From positions 868,001 to 932,000 of the forward strand of contig NIVC01000037.1 of assembly GCA_002269645.1 (NCBI GenBank): a stretch of 64,000 nt of DNA, in the 5' to 3' direction. The notes under the pieces were generated by a model that had not been told where the DNA came from, searched no databases, and saw only the letters and a list, made by a program, of their open reading frames with translations. The stretch comes from Macrostomum lignano (lineage: Eukaryota). A program made the translations under genes and the position numbers. This document shows positions 39,251 through 52,849 of the stretch, one piece after another; position 1 is the stretch's first letter; each line of letters begins with the position of its first letter.

Positions 39251-41734
39251 CTGAATCAGTCTTTACCACAATTACCCACAAGGGGCGACTCCAGTGGTCA
39301 GCTGCCCTCCCCATACCGGAGAAATTGGGGGAGGTCATGACACTCTATAGCTCGGAAAAATGAACTTAACCCCTTTTTTTACAAGGAGGGGGGCGGCGGG
39401 TGGGGGCATCTGACCCCTCAGAATTAAAGCTAAGCAATAATCTCAAATGTCAGGAGGGGGCAGCTGCCCCCCCCCCCCTGTTTCTGCTGTGCCTGCGTAC
39501 GCACTAGCGGGCACCCAATTCCTGGAAATCTCGCAGAGATTTGAGAGACGACGCTGACAATAAAAAATGCCCAACATTTCCAGGCCGCACCTCCGTTTGA
39601 GTAAAGCTGGCCGCATGCCCGTGGGGGAAGTGGGGAAGAATCTAATAGGGGATCTAACAACTCCCCCAAAACGGTCAAGGCGCGTTGATCCATTCTTCCT
39701 AATAATATTCTTCCCTTTATTTCCTTCTCGATTCTTCGGCTCTGCTTCCTCTTTTTGCCCATATTCCCCATTGCCCGGTCGTAAAAATCTCTTATATTTA
39801 GGCTGTTGTATGGGGGCGGGCGAATGAATGGGCGGTCGGTTTGGGGAAATGAGAAGAAGGCGGCATGGGAGATAAGCTCAAAGATTTAGAGAGAGAGAGA
39901 GAGCTACAGAGCCGGCTCCGCCGACAAAGCATTATGAAAAAGGAAATGCGTGGAAAGCTGAGATGCAGCTTGAGTGCTCTGCAGCTACTGTCAATGGAAG
40001 ATTCTGCAGTTCATTCCATGCAGATGCAGCCTTCTCTGTGCTCCAAGTCTAATATGTGAGGATAAGGGATAATTAAACCAAATGGCCAGAGGAGGCGGGA
40101 GGGAAGAGATTGGGGCAGAGAGGCTGCTCGAATGCAGATTAAAGCTCGGCGAGGGTTGAGCAGTGTGGGCGACTCCATCTCCATTTCTTGCTTCCTTGCA
40201 GAGCGATAAGGAAATTCGAATAGCAACTGCAGGACGGCAAGCAGGCTGTCAGCCTCGCGGCCCACCCGCGCGTTAATTGCATGCGTGTACGGACAAAATA
40301 TGCTTTATGACACCAGCAAATATCCCTCATCTCTCTCGGCCCCTCTCACGTGGCGCATTCTCCGCTGCACCTCCTTCCCTCCATCAGCGTCCCGTGTTGA
40401 CAATAGCAACCAACAGTAAAATCCCGAGCAACGCTAAGTGGCCGAAGATTTACTGTTTCTGCCTGACTGACCGCTCTAGCGAATACGCCAGGGGATATCT
40501 ATACTTAATCGAGGGGATCCGATGGGATATTGATAGCTAATTGCACCTTGCGCAAGGTGGCTTTTTTTGGTCGCCGAAACCCCCCTCAGAGGTCGCCGCC
40601 CCAGCAACTCGCTGGGTGGAATATATAGCAAGGCCATGCAGGCTTGCTATAGGGTAATAAAATTGCGCAATCAACCAGGACCTCCGCCCCAGCCGCCCGC
40701 CGCCGCCGCCCCATCCGGAGCCAACCCTCGTGCGGTCCGCTCGATTTTTCGAATTTTTATGGGATCTAAAGGGGGGCTGCATTGTTGGTGCTGCAATATC
40801 TAACCAATATCTATAACTCTCCCTGTCTCTCTCCCTAATGCTCGCTGGGCACGTGCCCTGAGATACCGCCTGCCTTTCTGCTTTGGCATTTTTATATCAA
40901 GGACGCTGAGTCGCTGACAGACACTGCTGGCGAGCTCGGTCGGGCGGCTATGGAATTGGTGAAACAGACAGCAATAAAAATGTCCCCCCCATTCGTCAGA
41001 CTAATCGACAATGGCGGTACGGGGCCGAACTTGTGGGGGTGTATACTCAGTGTTCACTGCTCTGCTGCTCCCATGGATATTCAACCGTCTGCTCAATGCT
41101 GTCCTAAAGGACTCCTTGCATTGTTCGATAGTTGAGTAAAATTCATGCATAATGTTTTACATCAGCTGTTTAGGTTCAGTTTTAAACTTTTGGTATCTTA
41201 TTCGGCATCTAAAGACTCAATAAACACTCGGTTTTTAAGCTATAAATGTTTAACTAGGCATCTAAACACCCAGTTTTGTAGCTAAAATGTTCTACTCGGC
41301 ATCTAAACACCCAGTTTTGTAGCTAAAATGTTTAACTAGGCATCTAAACACCCAGTTTTGTAGCTAAAGTGTTTAACTTGAGCATCTAAACACCAAATAT
41401 GGAGAAAATTGCGCAATTGTATACACAGGTTATGAAACAAAAGTATTGGTATATGGTACCGCCTGTTACTTGGGTGAAAAATATTTAGCAAAGAGTTTCA
41501 AAGATTGCGTAATACCCCGTGAGAATTGAGAAACTTTCAATTTTCCTGCCTGCATGTATGAAATAGGTGCGAAATTCTACAAATTTGCAGCGTTAGTTCC
41601 AGGTCCAACCGTTTCCTGCTAGCAAAGTCGTTATAATAACGAAATTAATTACAAAATAATTACAAAACCAAATTTTGCTTTAAAAAATATTTGAGCAAAA
41701 AGGAATGTTTGAAGCTATACAAATAATAGAAAGG

Positions 41735-42205
41735 GCGACACGGGGGAGAGGGAAACACGGTGGGAGAAGAAGACACGAGGAGAGAGGGAGACACGGGGAG
41801 AGAGGGAGACACGGTGGGAGAAGAAGACACGAGGAGAGAGGGAGACACGGGGAGAGAGGGAGACACGGGGAGAGAAGGAGACACGGGGAGAGAGGGAGAC
41901 ACGGGGAGAGAGGGAGACACGGGGAGAGAAGGAGACACGGTGGGAGAAGGAGACACGGAGAGGGAAGGAGACACGGTGGGAGAAGGAGATACGAGGAGAG
42001 AGGGAGACACGGGGAGGGAAGGAGACACGGTGGGAAAAGGAGACACGGGGAGAGAAGGAGACAGTGGGAGAAGGAGATACGAGGAGAGAGGGAGACACGG
42101 GGAGGGAAGGAGACACGGTGGGAGAAGGAGACACGGGGAGAGAAGGAGACAGTGGGGGAAGGAGATACGAGGAGTGAGGGAGACACGGTGGTAGAGGGAG
42201 ACACG
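41735..42205. repeat. Purine-rich minisatellite, 18-bp unit ggagacacggggagagag
   Basis: Tandem copies. Confidence 0.92.
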
Positions 42206-44061
42206 AGGGCGGCATCCGGCATGACAAGTAACAACCCAGAGGGAGTGCATATTTGTCAAAAGCAGTGTATAGTGTCAGTCCCAGCTGCCAATTAAGTCTA
42301 AAAGCTCTATCCCTCAACAGCAATTTCCGCTGCCCAACATCAACCTCAATTTCGCCCCCCCTTAATTCCTTGTTAGCGCCGCCGCTTTTGTCGCCTTGCA
42401 GTATAGAATTTAACGACGAGGAATTATAATGGTGCTATAAATGGCGCGCAGGCTGCAGCGGCGGGCTTCAATTACAGTTCCTCAATCCGCTGCCCCTAAC
42501 CCTTCCCTATTTTCATTGCAATGGTCGCTTAAGCCTTGTTACCTTTTTTATGGGAGGCCTCTCCGCGCTTTAGGATGCCGTGAGTGGAGCGAGTGTGCCA
42601 GCAGTGCGTCGCGTCCGCTTATAATAATGTATTGGCGCTGTGGGTTCCTCTCCCAGCCACCGCTTTTTTAATGAGAACTATATTGCCGGATTTTATGGAG
42701 TCCAACCCGCGGCTGAGAAGATTATATAAAGGGGGCCTTGGGCGGAAAAGAGGGGAAAGCGGGTTGGGACCCTGGGAGGGGGGAGGGGGACACACTGGGG
42801 GAGGCCCTCCCAGCTTCCTTGGCCCTCTCCCTGCCTCTGGGGCCTAGCAGCCAGTTGGAGCTGTCCCCGCTCAACGCAGGCCTCTCTCCATTGGCTGCAC
42901 TCGATGCCCGCCTCGCCGCTCCGCCAGCCCCCGCCCTCCTCCCTCCCGTCTTTCCGCTCTGGCTGCCAGGGGGGGGAGGGTAGGCGGCCGGCGGTGTGAC
43001 CCGCCTTCTTCTAAGCGCTAATCCCAGGCTGCCCACAGCCCCTTCCGCATATTGATCCGGGGGGCTCTCGGTGAGATTTGCTCTCTTCTTTAATTTAGGC
43101 AAGGAGTAGAAACAGGCTTGCCCGGAAAAGTTGAGAGATCTATCCCGATCCCCCCCCCCTGACCGGAGACTGGGCCATGGCCTCCTGAGACCAGTAAAAA
43201 CATTTTTGGATTTTGTGCGGCTGCCTTGACTGACGGCTCGGGATGAGAGAGGAAGGCGGCGGGTGGCGAGGGGGGTTGAGGGAGAGTCGAGCGGAGGCCG
43301 GTCGTAAAACCTTGGCCCCGGGAGCCATAAACCGGTATCCAGAGGTCTGATTACCATTTACCCCCCCCCCCCTCAACTCAGCCATTGCTCACTCTTTGCT
43401 GTGCTGGGTCTTCTACTCACTGTCTCTTGCGCGCTGTGCTCAAACCTATACTGAGACAGACAGTGAGAGACAGTATAGGTATAGGGGGCCGCGGGTGTGA
43501 GAACTATCCTATATAGTGTCATATTATAAAAGTTTTTATGTCGATTCTTCAACTCGGCCTTGCCCCAAATTGTTTGTCTGTTAACCAAGGCTCGCCAGAT
43601 TTCGTCCCATATAGACAGTAGATCTTGTGACTCCACCATCGAATACGATTAACATAAAATTATAGAAAATACATCTTTGCTTAATTCTTTCATCCAGAGA
43701 ACTGAATGATTCAAGAAGTATTGAGAAGCGTCCAGTACATATTACTAAAGTTTTTTGTGCCAAGTTTTTTACAGCCACACACTATAGAATGTCGAATTTA
43801 CCATACAAACTTTTATTAGCGTTTATGGCAGGGGCTACGAACAGTTTAGCATTAAATAAGCCTAATTAAAGGGTCCTACAGTTTGTGCATGCATCTAAAA
43901 AGGTGTTGCTCATTCATATGCCCGCGCCGTCTGCAGTCAGTGTGTTTATGATATGCGAGCTTCTCAATTAGACAAGAGCCGTTGGCCTGTAGCTTGAATA
44001 GAAATTATCAATCCCTGCAGCTAAGACGGTGTTTTAGCAGGAGAAAAAGAATGCTGGAAAG

Positions 44062-44445
44062 TGTGGTGCTGGCGCCCCTGGTGCTGGCGCCCCTGGTGCT
44101 GGCGCCCCTGGTGCTGGCGCCCCTGGTGCTGGCGCCCCTGGTGCTGGCGCCCCTGGTGCTGGCGCCCCTGGTGCTGGCGCCCCTGGTGCTGGCGCCCCTG
44201 GTGCTGGCGCCCCTGGTGCTGGCGCCCCTGGTGCTGGCGCCCCTGGTGCTGGCGCCCCTGGTGCTGGCGCCCCTGGTGCTGGCGCCCCTGGTGCTGGCGC
44301 CCCTGGTGCTGGCGCCCCTGGTGCTGGCGCCCCTGGTGCTGGCGCCCCTGGTGCTGGCGCCCCTGGTGCTGGCGCCCCTGGTGCTGGCGCCCCTGGTGCT
44401 GGCGCCCCTGGTGCTGGCGCCCCTGGTGCTGGCGCCCCTGGTGCT
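44062..44445. repeat. Minisatellite, 15-bp unit ggcgcccctggtgct
   Basis: Perfect copies. Confidence 0.97.
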
Positions 44446-45099
44446 GAAGACTGTCAGCTCAGATGAAATGTTATTTCCCATAGAATTACGAGTAAATACT
44501 TTCTATTTTTAATCTTTCTCTTACGAGTAAACCATCCATCCATCCACTTGGAAACAAACAATAATTCTTCACTTTATGCCAGTTCTCGGATGTTGCCTGC
44601 GCTTCGTGGCATGCACAAAAAACTGGGGCACTGCAGAAATATAAAAATATGAAAACGCCGCATCCACCTACATTTGAAAGAAGCGGCGGCGGCGGCAGCT
44701 GACACAGTCGAGGCCGGCATTTGGTTGGAGTGGGGAGAGGAAGTTTTATAGCTGGGCTGCTTGAAGCATTTGCTGGCACATGATGGCAGCTGATTCTGCA
44801 GGAGACATCAATAAAATATCAGGGATTAGCATGCATGTGGGGCGGCGGTGTCCGCAGCAAGTTTTATTGTATAGTTTCGAATGCTTTGCCCCCCTCATTT
44901 AGCATATTTTGCAGCTCCATGCAGAATTGAATTTCTGTTTCATATTTAGTTAGACGCATGCTTTATGACGGCATCCATCCATGTTGACTTGGCGTGCCGT
45001 CGCGCGCATGGCAACCCGCTACTCTTTGGACTCGAGCCGAAGCTTGAAATGCAGTTCCGGTGATTTATAATCGCTATGGATTTGCTCTGGAACACAGGG

Positions 45100-45300
45100 A
45101 TGTGATTGCGGTATGTGCATGTGAACACAAGGCCGGATGTGATTGCGGCATCTGCATGTGAACATAGGGATGTGTTTGCGGCATCTGCATGTGAACATAG
45201 GGATGTGATTGCGGCATCTGCATGTGAACATAGGGATGTGATTGCGGCATCTGCATGTGAACATAGGGATGTACAGGGATGTGCTTGCGGCATCTGCATG
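45100..45300. repeat. Minisatellite, 33-bp unit gatgtgattgcggcatctgcatgtgaacatagg
   Basis: About 5-6 copies. Confidence 0.88.
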
Positions 45301-45894
45301 TTAATATGTACATACTAAATAAATTATGTGAACGCATAATAGATGCAATATGTGAACAGGTGAACGCAGAAGCTTGAACTGATGCCTTGGTGGGTTGGTA
45401 GAACTTAAAAGAAAAATTCACTCGATGGAACAGTTCATTAAAATGTGAGCATGCAGGTGAATTTTGGCGCAAAAAATGTAGCCAATCCACTCTGTTTGGC
45501 TCTCTAACATAACTTTAAAATCAGGCCATGCTACTCGAACGCAGTCCTTTCCTTCGCCTGCGATTATAACTTTTCTGCTCTCATGGAATTTTTTTCGGGA
45601 ATGTTGCTTTTCATCTCAAGCGCTCTGCAATAACGTTAACAGTTTCAAAATTATGCAGAAACAACAGCAACAGGTGTAAAAGGCGCTCCTGCTGGGAGCT
45701 TCTGCAGCTACGGCAATCTTTTGCTGGCTTTGTGTAGCGAAATTGCTGGGAGAGACGGAGTGGAAGGCGAGAAGGAACCGAGAACCGCAGTCTGCTTTAA
45801 TTAAGATCTGTAGCAAATCAGTACTCCCTGTGGTTCTCACTCTGTCCTGACACTGGAGCGGCTGCAAATTATATCCACATTATGCTAATGCTGC

Positions 45895-46402
<508 letters not shown>

Positions 46403-48434
46403 AAATCATGCAGTAGAGCTGCAATGGAGGACATAACTCAGTTAAGTATTTTTGTAACCAACGGGGACTTGTCGATGTTTGCGTCAGAGGCCCTCAGCGA
46501 AGCGTCAGTGAAGTGCGCAGCCCGCGAACCCCCCTCCACGCTAGCGCTTCAACATCCACTTGGGTTGCGAAAGCAGAAAAACGCAAGCTCTGCTTCTGGC
46601 TCTTCTACAAGCGGAGGGCTTGCTGGTTGTCTCTCTTTTTCTCTCCCTCTTTCTGTTTGCGCCATGGCGTCCTATAAAACTTTTACGATCAAACAATAAA
46701 ACACTCCGCCCTCAACTTCTGCATATGCTCCGGCTCTCTTCTCTACCCTCGTTCACTCTCTCTTTCTCTCTGTCTATCTCGCTCCTCTTCATCCGACAAA
46801 AGCCTCTCTTCGGTTTGCCCGACTGTTTTGTTTCTTTTCCAACGAGAGGGGGCGTCGGCGGTGCCTTTGACTCGACCTGCCCGCTATCCCCCAACCCCGA
46901 CTCAGCCCCCTGCTGTTTTATCTGCTTCTGGGAAATGCCCCACCCCACAGACAGACGGGTTTTTCAACACAGACGCTTTTTCTCTAAGGAAACAAGAATC
47001 AAAGATCGGTTTCTCAAGCTGCATTATCAATATGCCAATTGGCTGCAGATATCTGTATATCTGCAGATCTAGCGCAGCAATCCAGTGAGGATTTACCATA
47101 GACATGCGTGATTATCATCAAGACTACCAAAACTAATAGGCTGCAGGGCGATGAAACTAGATAAAAACGTCGAGACACGTCGAAACGTTGAGTTTTTTGT
47201 CTATGGCTGAGAGTGTCTGACCTAAAACCTCACTTGGTGAGAATGTCTTATGGTAAAAACAGAGAAATCCACGCATCTGAATCCACATGCTGTGTGCTTA
47301 TGTAAAGACAAAAGACAAGAGAGGAGATATGAGAGAGAGAAGAGAGAAAAGAAAGGGAGCTGAGAAGAGACACAAGCCATATTGTCTATGGTAAACCCTG
47401 GCTCTGGTGCTATGCTAACTACAGTATAGATTATGTAAAGCATGTCTCAGTATTGGTATAATTAGTTGAATTAGTTGATAAACTATACATTCAATCAATG
47501 GAATTCTAGCCATAGACACCCACCAAATGGGTGGCCACACTGTTATGTGACTTCGGCATAAATGTCTATGGTTCAATGCCTAGCCTATAACATGGCATGG
47601 ATACCCGCTGGCATATTGTGTTTTACTCATTTTATTTCTTCCTCCATAACCTATGCAATCAGATTTGGCTATCTATACGATATTGTTTTTTTGTTGTTTT
47701 TTGTCTGGTTTCCTTAATGCTGATAATGCAATGGTTGCGGTTACACTGTACTCTGCAGGCTGTTGAAGGTCACTCAGACTGTGCAGCCAGCGCCCCCCCC
47801 CCACCCCAGCTTGGCTCACTGATTTCACTTCAAAGGGACGCCGCCGCCCTGTTTGTAGGCAGGATTAACAAAGATGCCTTTGGCGCGCTGTTGGGATAGC
47901 AGCCGCAGGAGGCATATAAATTCTGCGCTAAAATCTCTGGGTAAAGGGGGTGCGGGGTGTTCAGGTGCAGGCGCAAACTTCTGCGGCGATATTGCAACTA
48001 AACTTACCCCCCCCCCCTCTATGTAGCGCGGCTATCTGCTATACAGTAATTGTTATTAACGCAAATTTTACTTTCCCTGTGCAACTTAACATAAGCTTAA
48101 AAAATACACTAAACCTGCGGAATTCAATGGAATGCTTTCAACTAATATTTAGCGACGCAATTTTCTTGAATTTTTGGAAGCAGTTTGTTAAATCTTAATC
48201 TGTAGCCATGCAGGGTTGGAATTTGAGTATTCGTTTGAAAATAATTACTTTATGCAAGATATTTCAGTGAGTGAGTGAATCGCTGCCCCCTGGAAGTATC
48301 GATACAAAAAAGAGCTAGTTGCTACTAGCAGTAACAATGCTTGAAGTTAGAATATAACCGCTTTTGTATGTCTGCGTTTTAACAAACCTTAGTTCAGGTC
48401 AGCTCAGGAGTTTGACGCATGAGGGTAGGCAGAC

Positions 48435-48800
48435 GGTACAGGATGGTAAAAATGGTACAGGATGAATTATAGGTTAGTACAGGATGGTAAAAATGGTACA
48501 GGATGAATTATAGGTTAGTACAGGAGGGTAAAAACGGTACAGGATGAAATATAGATTAGTACAGGATGAAATATATATCAGTACAGAATGAAATATAGAT
48601 TAGTACAGGATGAAATATAGGTTAGTACAGGATGGTAAAAATGGTACAGGATGAATTACAGGTTAGTACAGGATGGTAAAAACGGTACAGGATGAAATAT
48701 AGATTAGTACAGGATGGTAAAAATGGTACAGGATGAAATATAGGTTAGTACAGGATGGTAAAAACGGTACAGGATGAAATATATATTAGTACAGGGTGAA
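48435..48800. repeat. Minisatellite built on a gtacaggatg core
   Basis: Alternating ggtacaggatgaaatatagattagtacaggatggtaaaa units. Confidence 0.88.
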
Positions 48801-49094
48801 ATATTGATTGATAAACGATGGAAAGGACGCTGCAATAAATGGTCAAAGAAATTTTACTTTCGTCGCCCACTTTTATATCTGCATGCCTAATTTGCTACTA
48901 GTAGTAATACTTGCAGATTTCTATTACTATGGAATTCGAACCTAGAAATTTCAGGCCAAATGAGGTCCTTGTCTTATACGATATATAAGTTCAGAGAGCG
49001 TTATTTGGTAGAGTACGACTGAGTAGAGCCCGTAATCAATTGAGGACGAGTGACTTGTACAAGACTGTACGCAGAAAGCCGAGAGAGGACCAGA

Positions 49095-49640
49095 TTTGTA
49101 CAGGATTGTAGAGACATTAGTACAGGATTGTAGAGACATTAGTACAGGATTGTAGAGACATTAGTACAGGATTGTAGAGACATTAGTACAGGATTGTAGA
49201 GACATTAGTACAGGATTGTAGAGACATTAGTACAGGATTGTAGAGACATTAGTACAGGATTGTAGAGACATTAGTACAGGATTGTAGAGACATTAGTACA
49301 GGATTGTAGAGACATTAGTACAGGATTGTAGAGCCATTAGTCAGGATTGTAGAGCCATTAGTACAGGATTTTAGAGACATTGGTACAGGATTTTAGAGAC
49401 ATTGGTACAGGATTTTAGAGACATTGGTACAGGATTTTAGAGACATTGGTACAGGATTTTAGAGACATTGGTACAGGATTTTAGAGACCTTGGTACAGGA
49501 TTTTAGAGACATTGGTACAGGATTTTAGAGTCATTGGTAGAGGATTTTAGAGACATTGGTACACGATTTTAGAGACATTGGTACAGGATTTTAGAGACAT
49601 TGGTACACAATTGTTGACATTGATACAGGGTTTTAGAGAC
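49095..49640. repeat. Minisatellite, 22-bp unit agtacaggattgtagagacatt
   Basis: Tandem copies with a polarised variant (ggtacaggattttag) at the right end. Confidence 0.93.
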
Positions 49641-49699
49641 ATTGGTACGGCATTGCAGAGGCATTGGGGAAATATATTGCTGTTGCTGGCCATGGCAGG

Positions 49700-49795
49700 C
49701 AGGTATTCCTGTAGATACGAGCTTCTGCTTTTGAGGTGTGAAAACTGATACAGCCATTTCGAAGTCAGCAAAAGCTTGCATGTACAGGACACCCG
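49700..49795 (-). ncRNA. mir-993: pre-miRNA miR-993 (Mir-10 family)
   Basis: The 3p arm (49725->49703) GAAGCUCGUAUCUACAGGAAUAC is 19/23 identical to insect miR-993-3p GAAGCUCGUCUCUACAGGUAUCU as I recall it, with an identical seed. The 5p arm (49791->49769) UGUCCUGUACAUGCAAGCUUUUG resembles miR-993-5p UACCCUGUAGUUCCGGGCUUUUG. The arms pair with two mismatches and one bulge, giving 2-nt 3-prime overhang geometry. There are 43 nt between the arms. Confidence 0.9.
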
Positions 49796-49929
49796 GACTC
49801 TCTGCTGTTTTCGTTCACCTGACTTTAGTTGCTTGACTTTGAGTTGCTTTCCAGTTCGAATCGCTTTTGCACCGGCCCTCTTTTAGTCTGTCTGTTTCTC
49901 TCTCTTCTGGGCAAGTTGCTTTTATGCCA

Positions 49930-49937
49930 CTTTTATA
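49930..49937 (-). promoter_or_regulatory. Candidate TATA box (TATAAAAG) for pri-miR-993
   Basis: On the minus strand ~140 nt upstream of the 5p arm, flanked by CATAAA motifs at 49921 and 49960. Confidence 0.4.
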
Positions 49938-50227
49938 GCAGCCCCTTCTCCAAGAATATTTTATGGGTTCCTGCAGCCTCTTAAAACTCGACCCAGTGGG
50001 GGGTTACAAGCAACTAGCTCAAAACTCTGAAATTTTATTATAACAAATCGTGTCCTTCGAGCATCTGATTCTACATGAAGTTTTGCCGCAATTGCAGCAG
50101 TGTATGGCGCGCTTTGACTGCTGAACACTATGGGCTGTCACCCGCGGACACCGAGAGCTAGGAGTCTGGCCAGCAGGCAATGGAGCTCTGGTTTGGCTGG
50201 AGGGCATTTTTCCACACATCTTTGGGC

Positions 50228-50508
50228 TTTGTGAAATTTCGGTTTTGTGAGATTTCGGTTTTGTGAGATTTCGGTTTTGTGAGATTTCGGTTTTGTGAGA
50301 TTTCGGTTTTGTGAGATTTCGGTTTTGTGAGATTTCGGTTTTGTGAGATTTCGGTTTTGTGAAATTTCGGTTTTGTGAGATTTCGGTTTTGTGAAATTTC
50401 GGTTTTGTGAGATTTCGGTTTTGTGAAATTTCGGTTTTGTGAGATTTCGGTTTTGTGAGATTTCGGTTTTGTGAGATTTCGGATTTGTGAAATTTCGGTT
50501 TTGTGAAA
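50228..50508. repeat. Minisatellite, 16-bp unit gagatttcggttttgt
   Basis: Tandem copies. Confidence 0.93.
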
Positions 50509-51439
50509 CGATACCCCAAGGAAAATTTCCTAAAATGTGTTTACTAAAATGTAATTTCCAGAAAAAAGGCGTTTACTTACTTACCACTCGCTACTTGCCG
50601 CTGCTCCATGCGATCTCTGTCAAGCCTGTGGACTAATGGTCTGCATCATACTACAGTGCATATGAGGGTAGGGTTTGTTCATGCAGCAGCTCGAACGCGA
50701 CTGACAATAGAAGCATTTGAAACTCTACTAGCTATTCTACTGCTAATTTCAACCAATCAACTCTTAGCTGTAGAAGAGATTGGGGCCAGCGCGAGTTTAT
50801 TGCGTTTTTTGGCATCCAGGCTGACCAAACCCATTCTTAAAGCTTGAAGTGAAAGGCAACCCGCCGTGGCTGTGAGTTTCAGTTTGTCGCTCAAAATATG
50901 AACTAGAGCGGTTTGTGTAGCTGAAACTTACTACCAAATGACCAAAACTATACCCAATGACTATAACAAAACTACTATTCAATGATTAAAGCTACTACCC
51001 AATGACCGAAACTACTAACCAATGACCAAAACTACTACCAAATGACCAAAACTACTACCCAATGACCAAAACTACTACCAAATTACCAAAACTACTACCA
51101 AACGAACAAAGCTCATCCCGAAACGGTGAAGCTACCACACAATGACTCAGTAATTATGTAACCCTTCAACAGTTGACCTGTAGTGCACATAACAAGGCAT
51201 AACAAGGCTTGTCAGAAATAAAATTGAGCAAAGTAAAAATATTTGAGCATTGCTGATAAATGTTTGATTCCACACCAGAGGTGAATGAAGATATACTCAT
51301 GAAAGTATACTACTGTTTTGTTCTACGGTATACTATTATCATGTTGTAGAGTCAGTAGCAAGTACGGGCCATCCAAGTTCAAATTATATGATTTTTAAAT
51401 ACAATATTCGTATTTGAAACATTTAGAATCTCCAACTCG

Positions 51440-52385
51440 TGATCATGTCTGTGTGAATCTAATCGGAGCGGATCATGTCTGTGTGAATCTAATCGGAGCG
51501 GATCATGTCTGTGTGAATCTAATCGGAGCAGATAATGTCTGTGTGAATCTAATAGGGAGCGGATCATGTCTGTGTGAATCTAATAGGAGCGGATCATGTA
51601 TCTGTGAATCTATAGGAGCGGATCATGTCTGTGTGAATCTAATAGGGAGCGGATCATGTCTGTGTGAATCTAATAGGGAGCGGATCATGTCTGTGTGAAT
51701 CTATAGGGAGCGGATCATGTCTACGTGAATCTATAGGGAGCGGATCATGTCTGTGTGAATCTAATAGGGAGTGGATCATGTCTACGTGAATCTATAGAAG
51801 CGGATCATGTCTGTGTGAATCTATAGGGAGCGGATCATGTCTACGTGAATCTATAGGAGCGGATCATGTCTGTGTGAATCTAATAGGGAGCGGATCATGT
51901 CTACGTGAATCTATAGAAGCGGATCATGTCTGTGTGAATCTATAGGGAGCGGATCATGTCTACGTGAATCTATTGAAGCGGATCATGTCTGTGTGAATCT
52001 ATAGAAGCGGATCATGTCTACGTGAATCTATAGAAGCGGATCATGTATGTCTATTTGAATCTACAGGGGGCGGATCATGTCTGTGTGAATCTATAGGGAG
52101 CGGATCATGTCTACGTGAATCTATAGAAGCGGATCATGTCTGTGTGAATCTATAGGGAGCGGATCATGTCTACGTGAATCTATAGAAGCGGATCATGTCT
52201 GTGTGAATCTATAGGGAGCGGATCATGTCTACGTGAATCTATTGAAGCGGATCATGTCTGTGTGAATCTATAGAAGCGGATCATGTCTACGTGAATCTAT
52301 AGGAGCGGATCATGTATGTCTATTTGAATCTACAGGGGGCGGATCATGTCTACGTGAATCTACAGGGGCGGATCATGTCTGCGTG
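51440..52385. repeat. Minisatellite, ~30-bp unit gtgaatctaatagggagcggatcatgtctgt
   Basis: Tandem copies with variants. Confidence 0.93.
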
Positions 52386-52849
52386 AGTAAATCTCATTGC
52401 AGATCATGGGCATGCGTGAGCGTAATTCTGCGAGCGTATTGAAGAATTGTTTTAAATTTTGTTAAACTCAAGTAAAAGATTTTACACTCGTAGAACATAT
52501 CTGTTGGTAATTTCTTTACCAGATAGCCAGATTAGAAGGATCATCAAGCACTTGTTATTCGAACACATGCCGAGTCAGACTCAATCAATTAGTCATAAGT
52601 ACAGCTCGCTGGCGCACAACAGACAGATCGGGCAAAGAAATAGTTTTCCTTTGATGTCTACCGACGCCAAGGTGCGAGGGGTGTGGGACGGAGTGCTTAT
52701 GATGCATAAGTCCCAGTAACGGCTAAGCTGATTTTCCATCGATTGCCCTCCAGCAAAAATCGCTTTTTTTAGCGTTTGGGTTGGAGTTTTGAATGCTGAC
52801 TGATGATCCACAGATGGAGGAAGCTGGTTTAGCGACTTTTGCACTCGTT

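Noticed and set aside
41039-41062. gtatactcagtgttcactg resembling miR-iab-4-5p
   Set aside because: Only ~14/20 identity, no complementary arm, and iab-4 is arthropod-restricted.
44062-44445. Repeat unit resembling the CTCF motif
   Set aside because: It is one G short of the CCACCAGGGGGCGC spacing, and CTCF is reported lost in flatworms.
50608-50847. RTRLTIEAFETLLAI resembling the hAT dimerisation domain
   Set aside because: The match is too short and has no other transposase motifs or termini.
52055-52370. atctacagg(g) as a miR-10 antisense match
   Set aside because: It is part of a satellite variant with no hairpin. I found no miR-10 proper in the window by eye.
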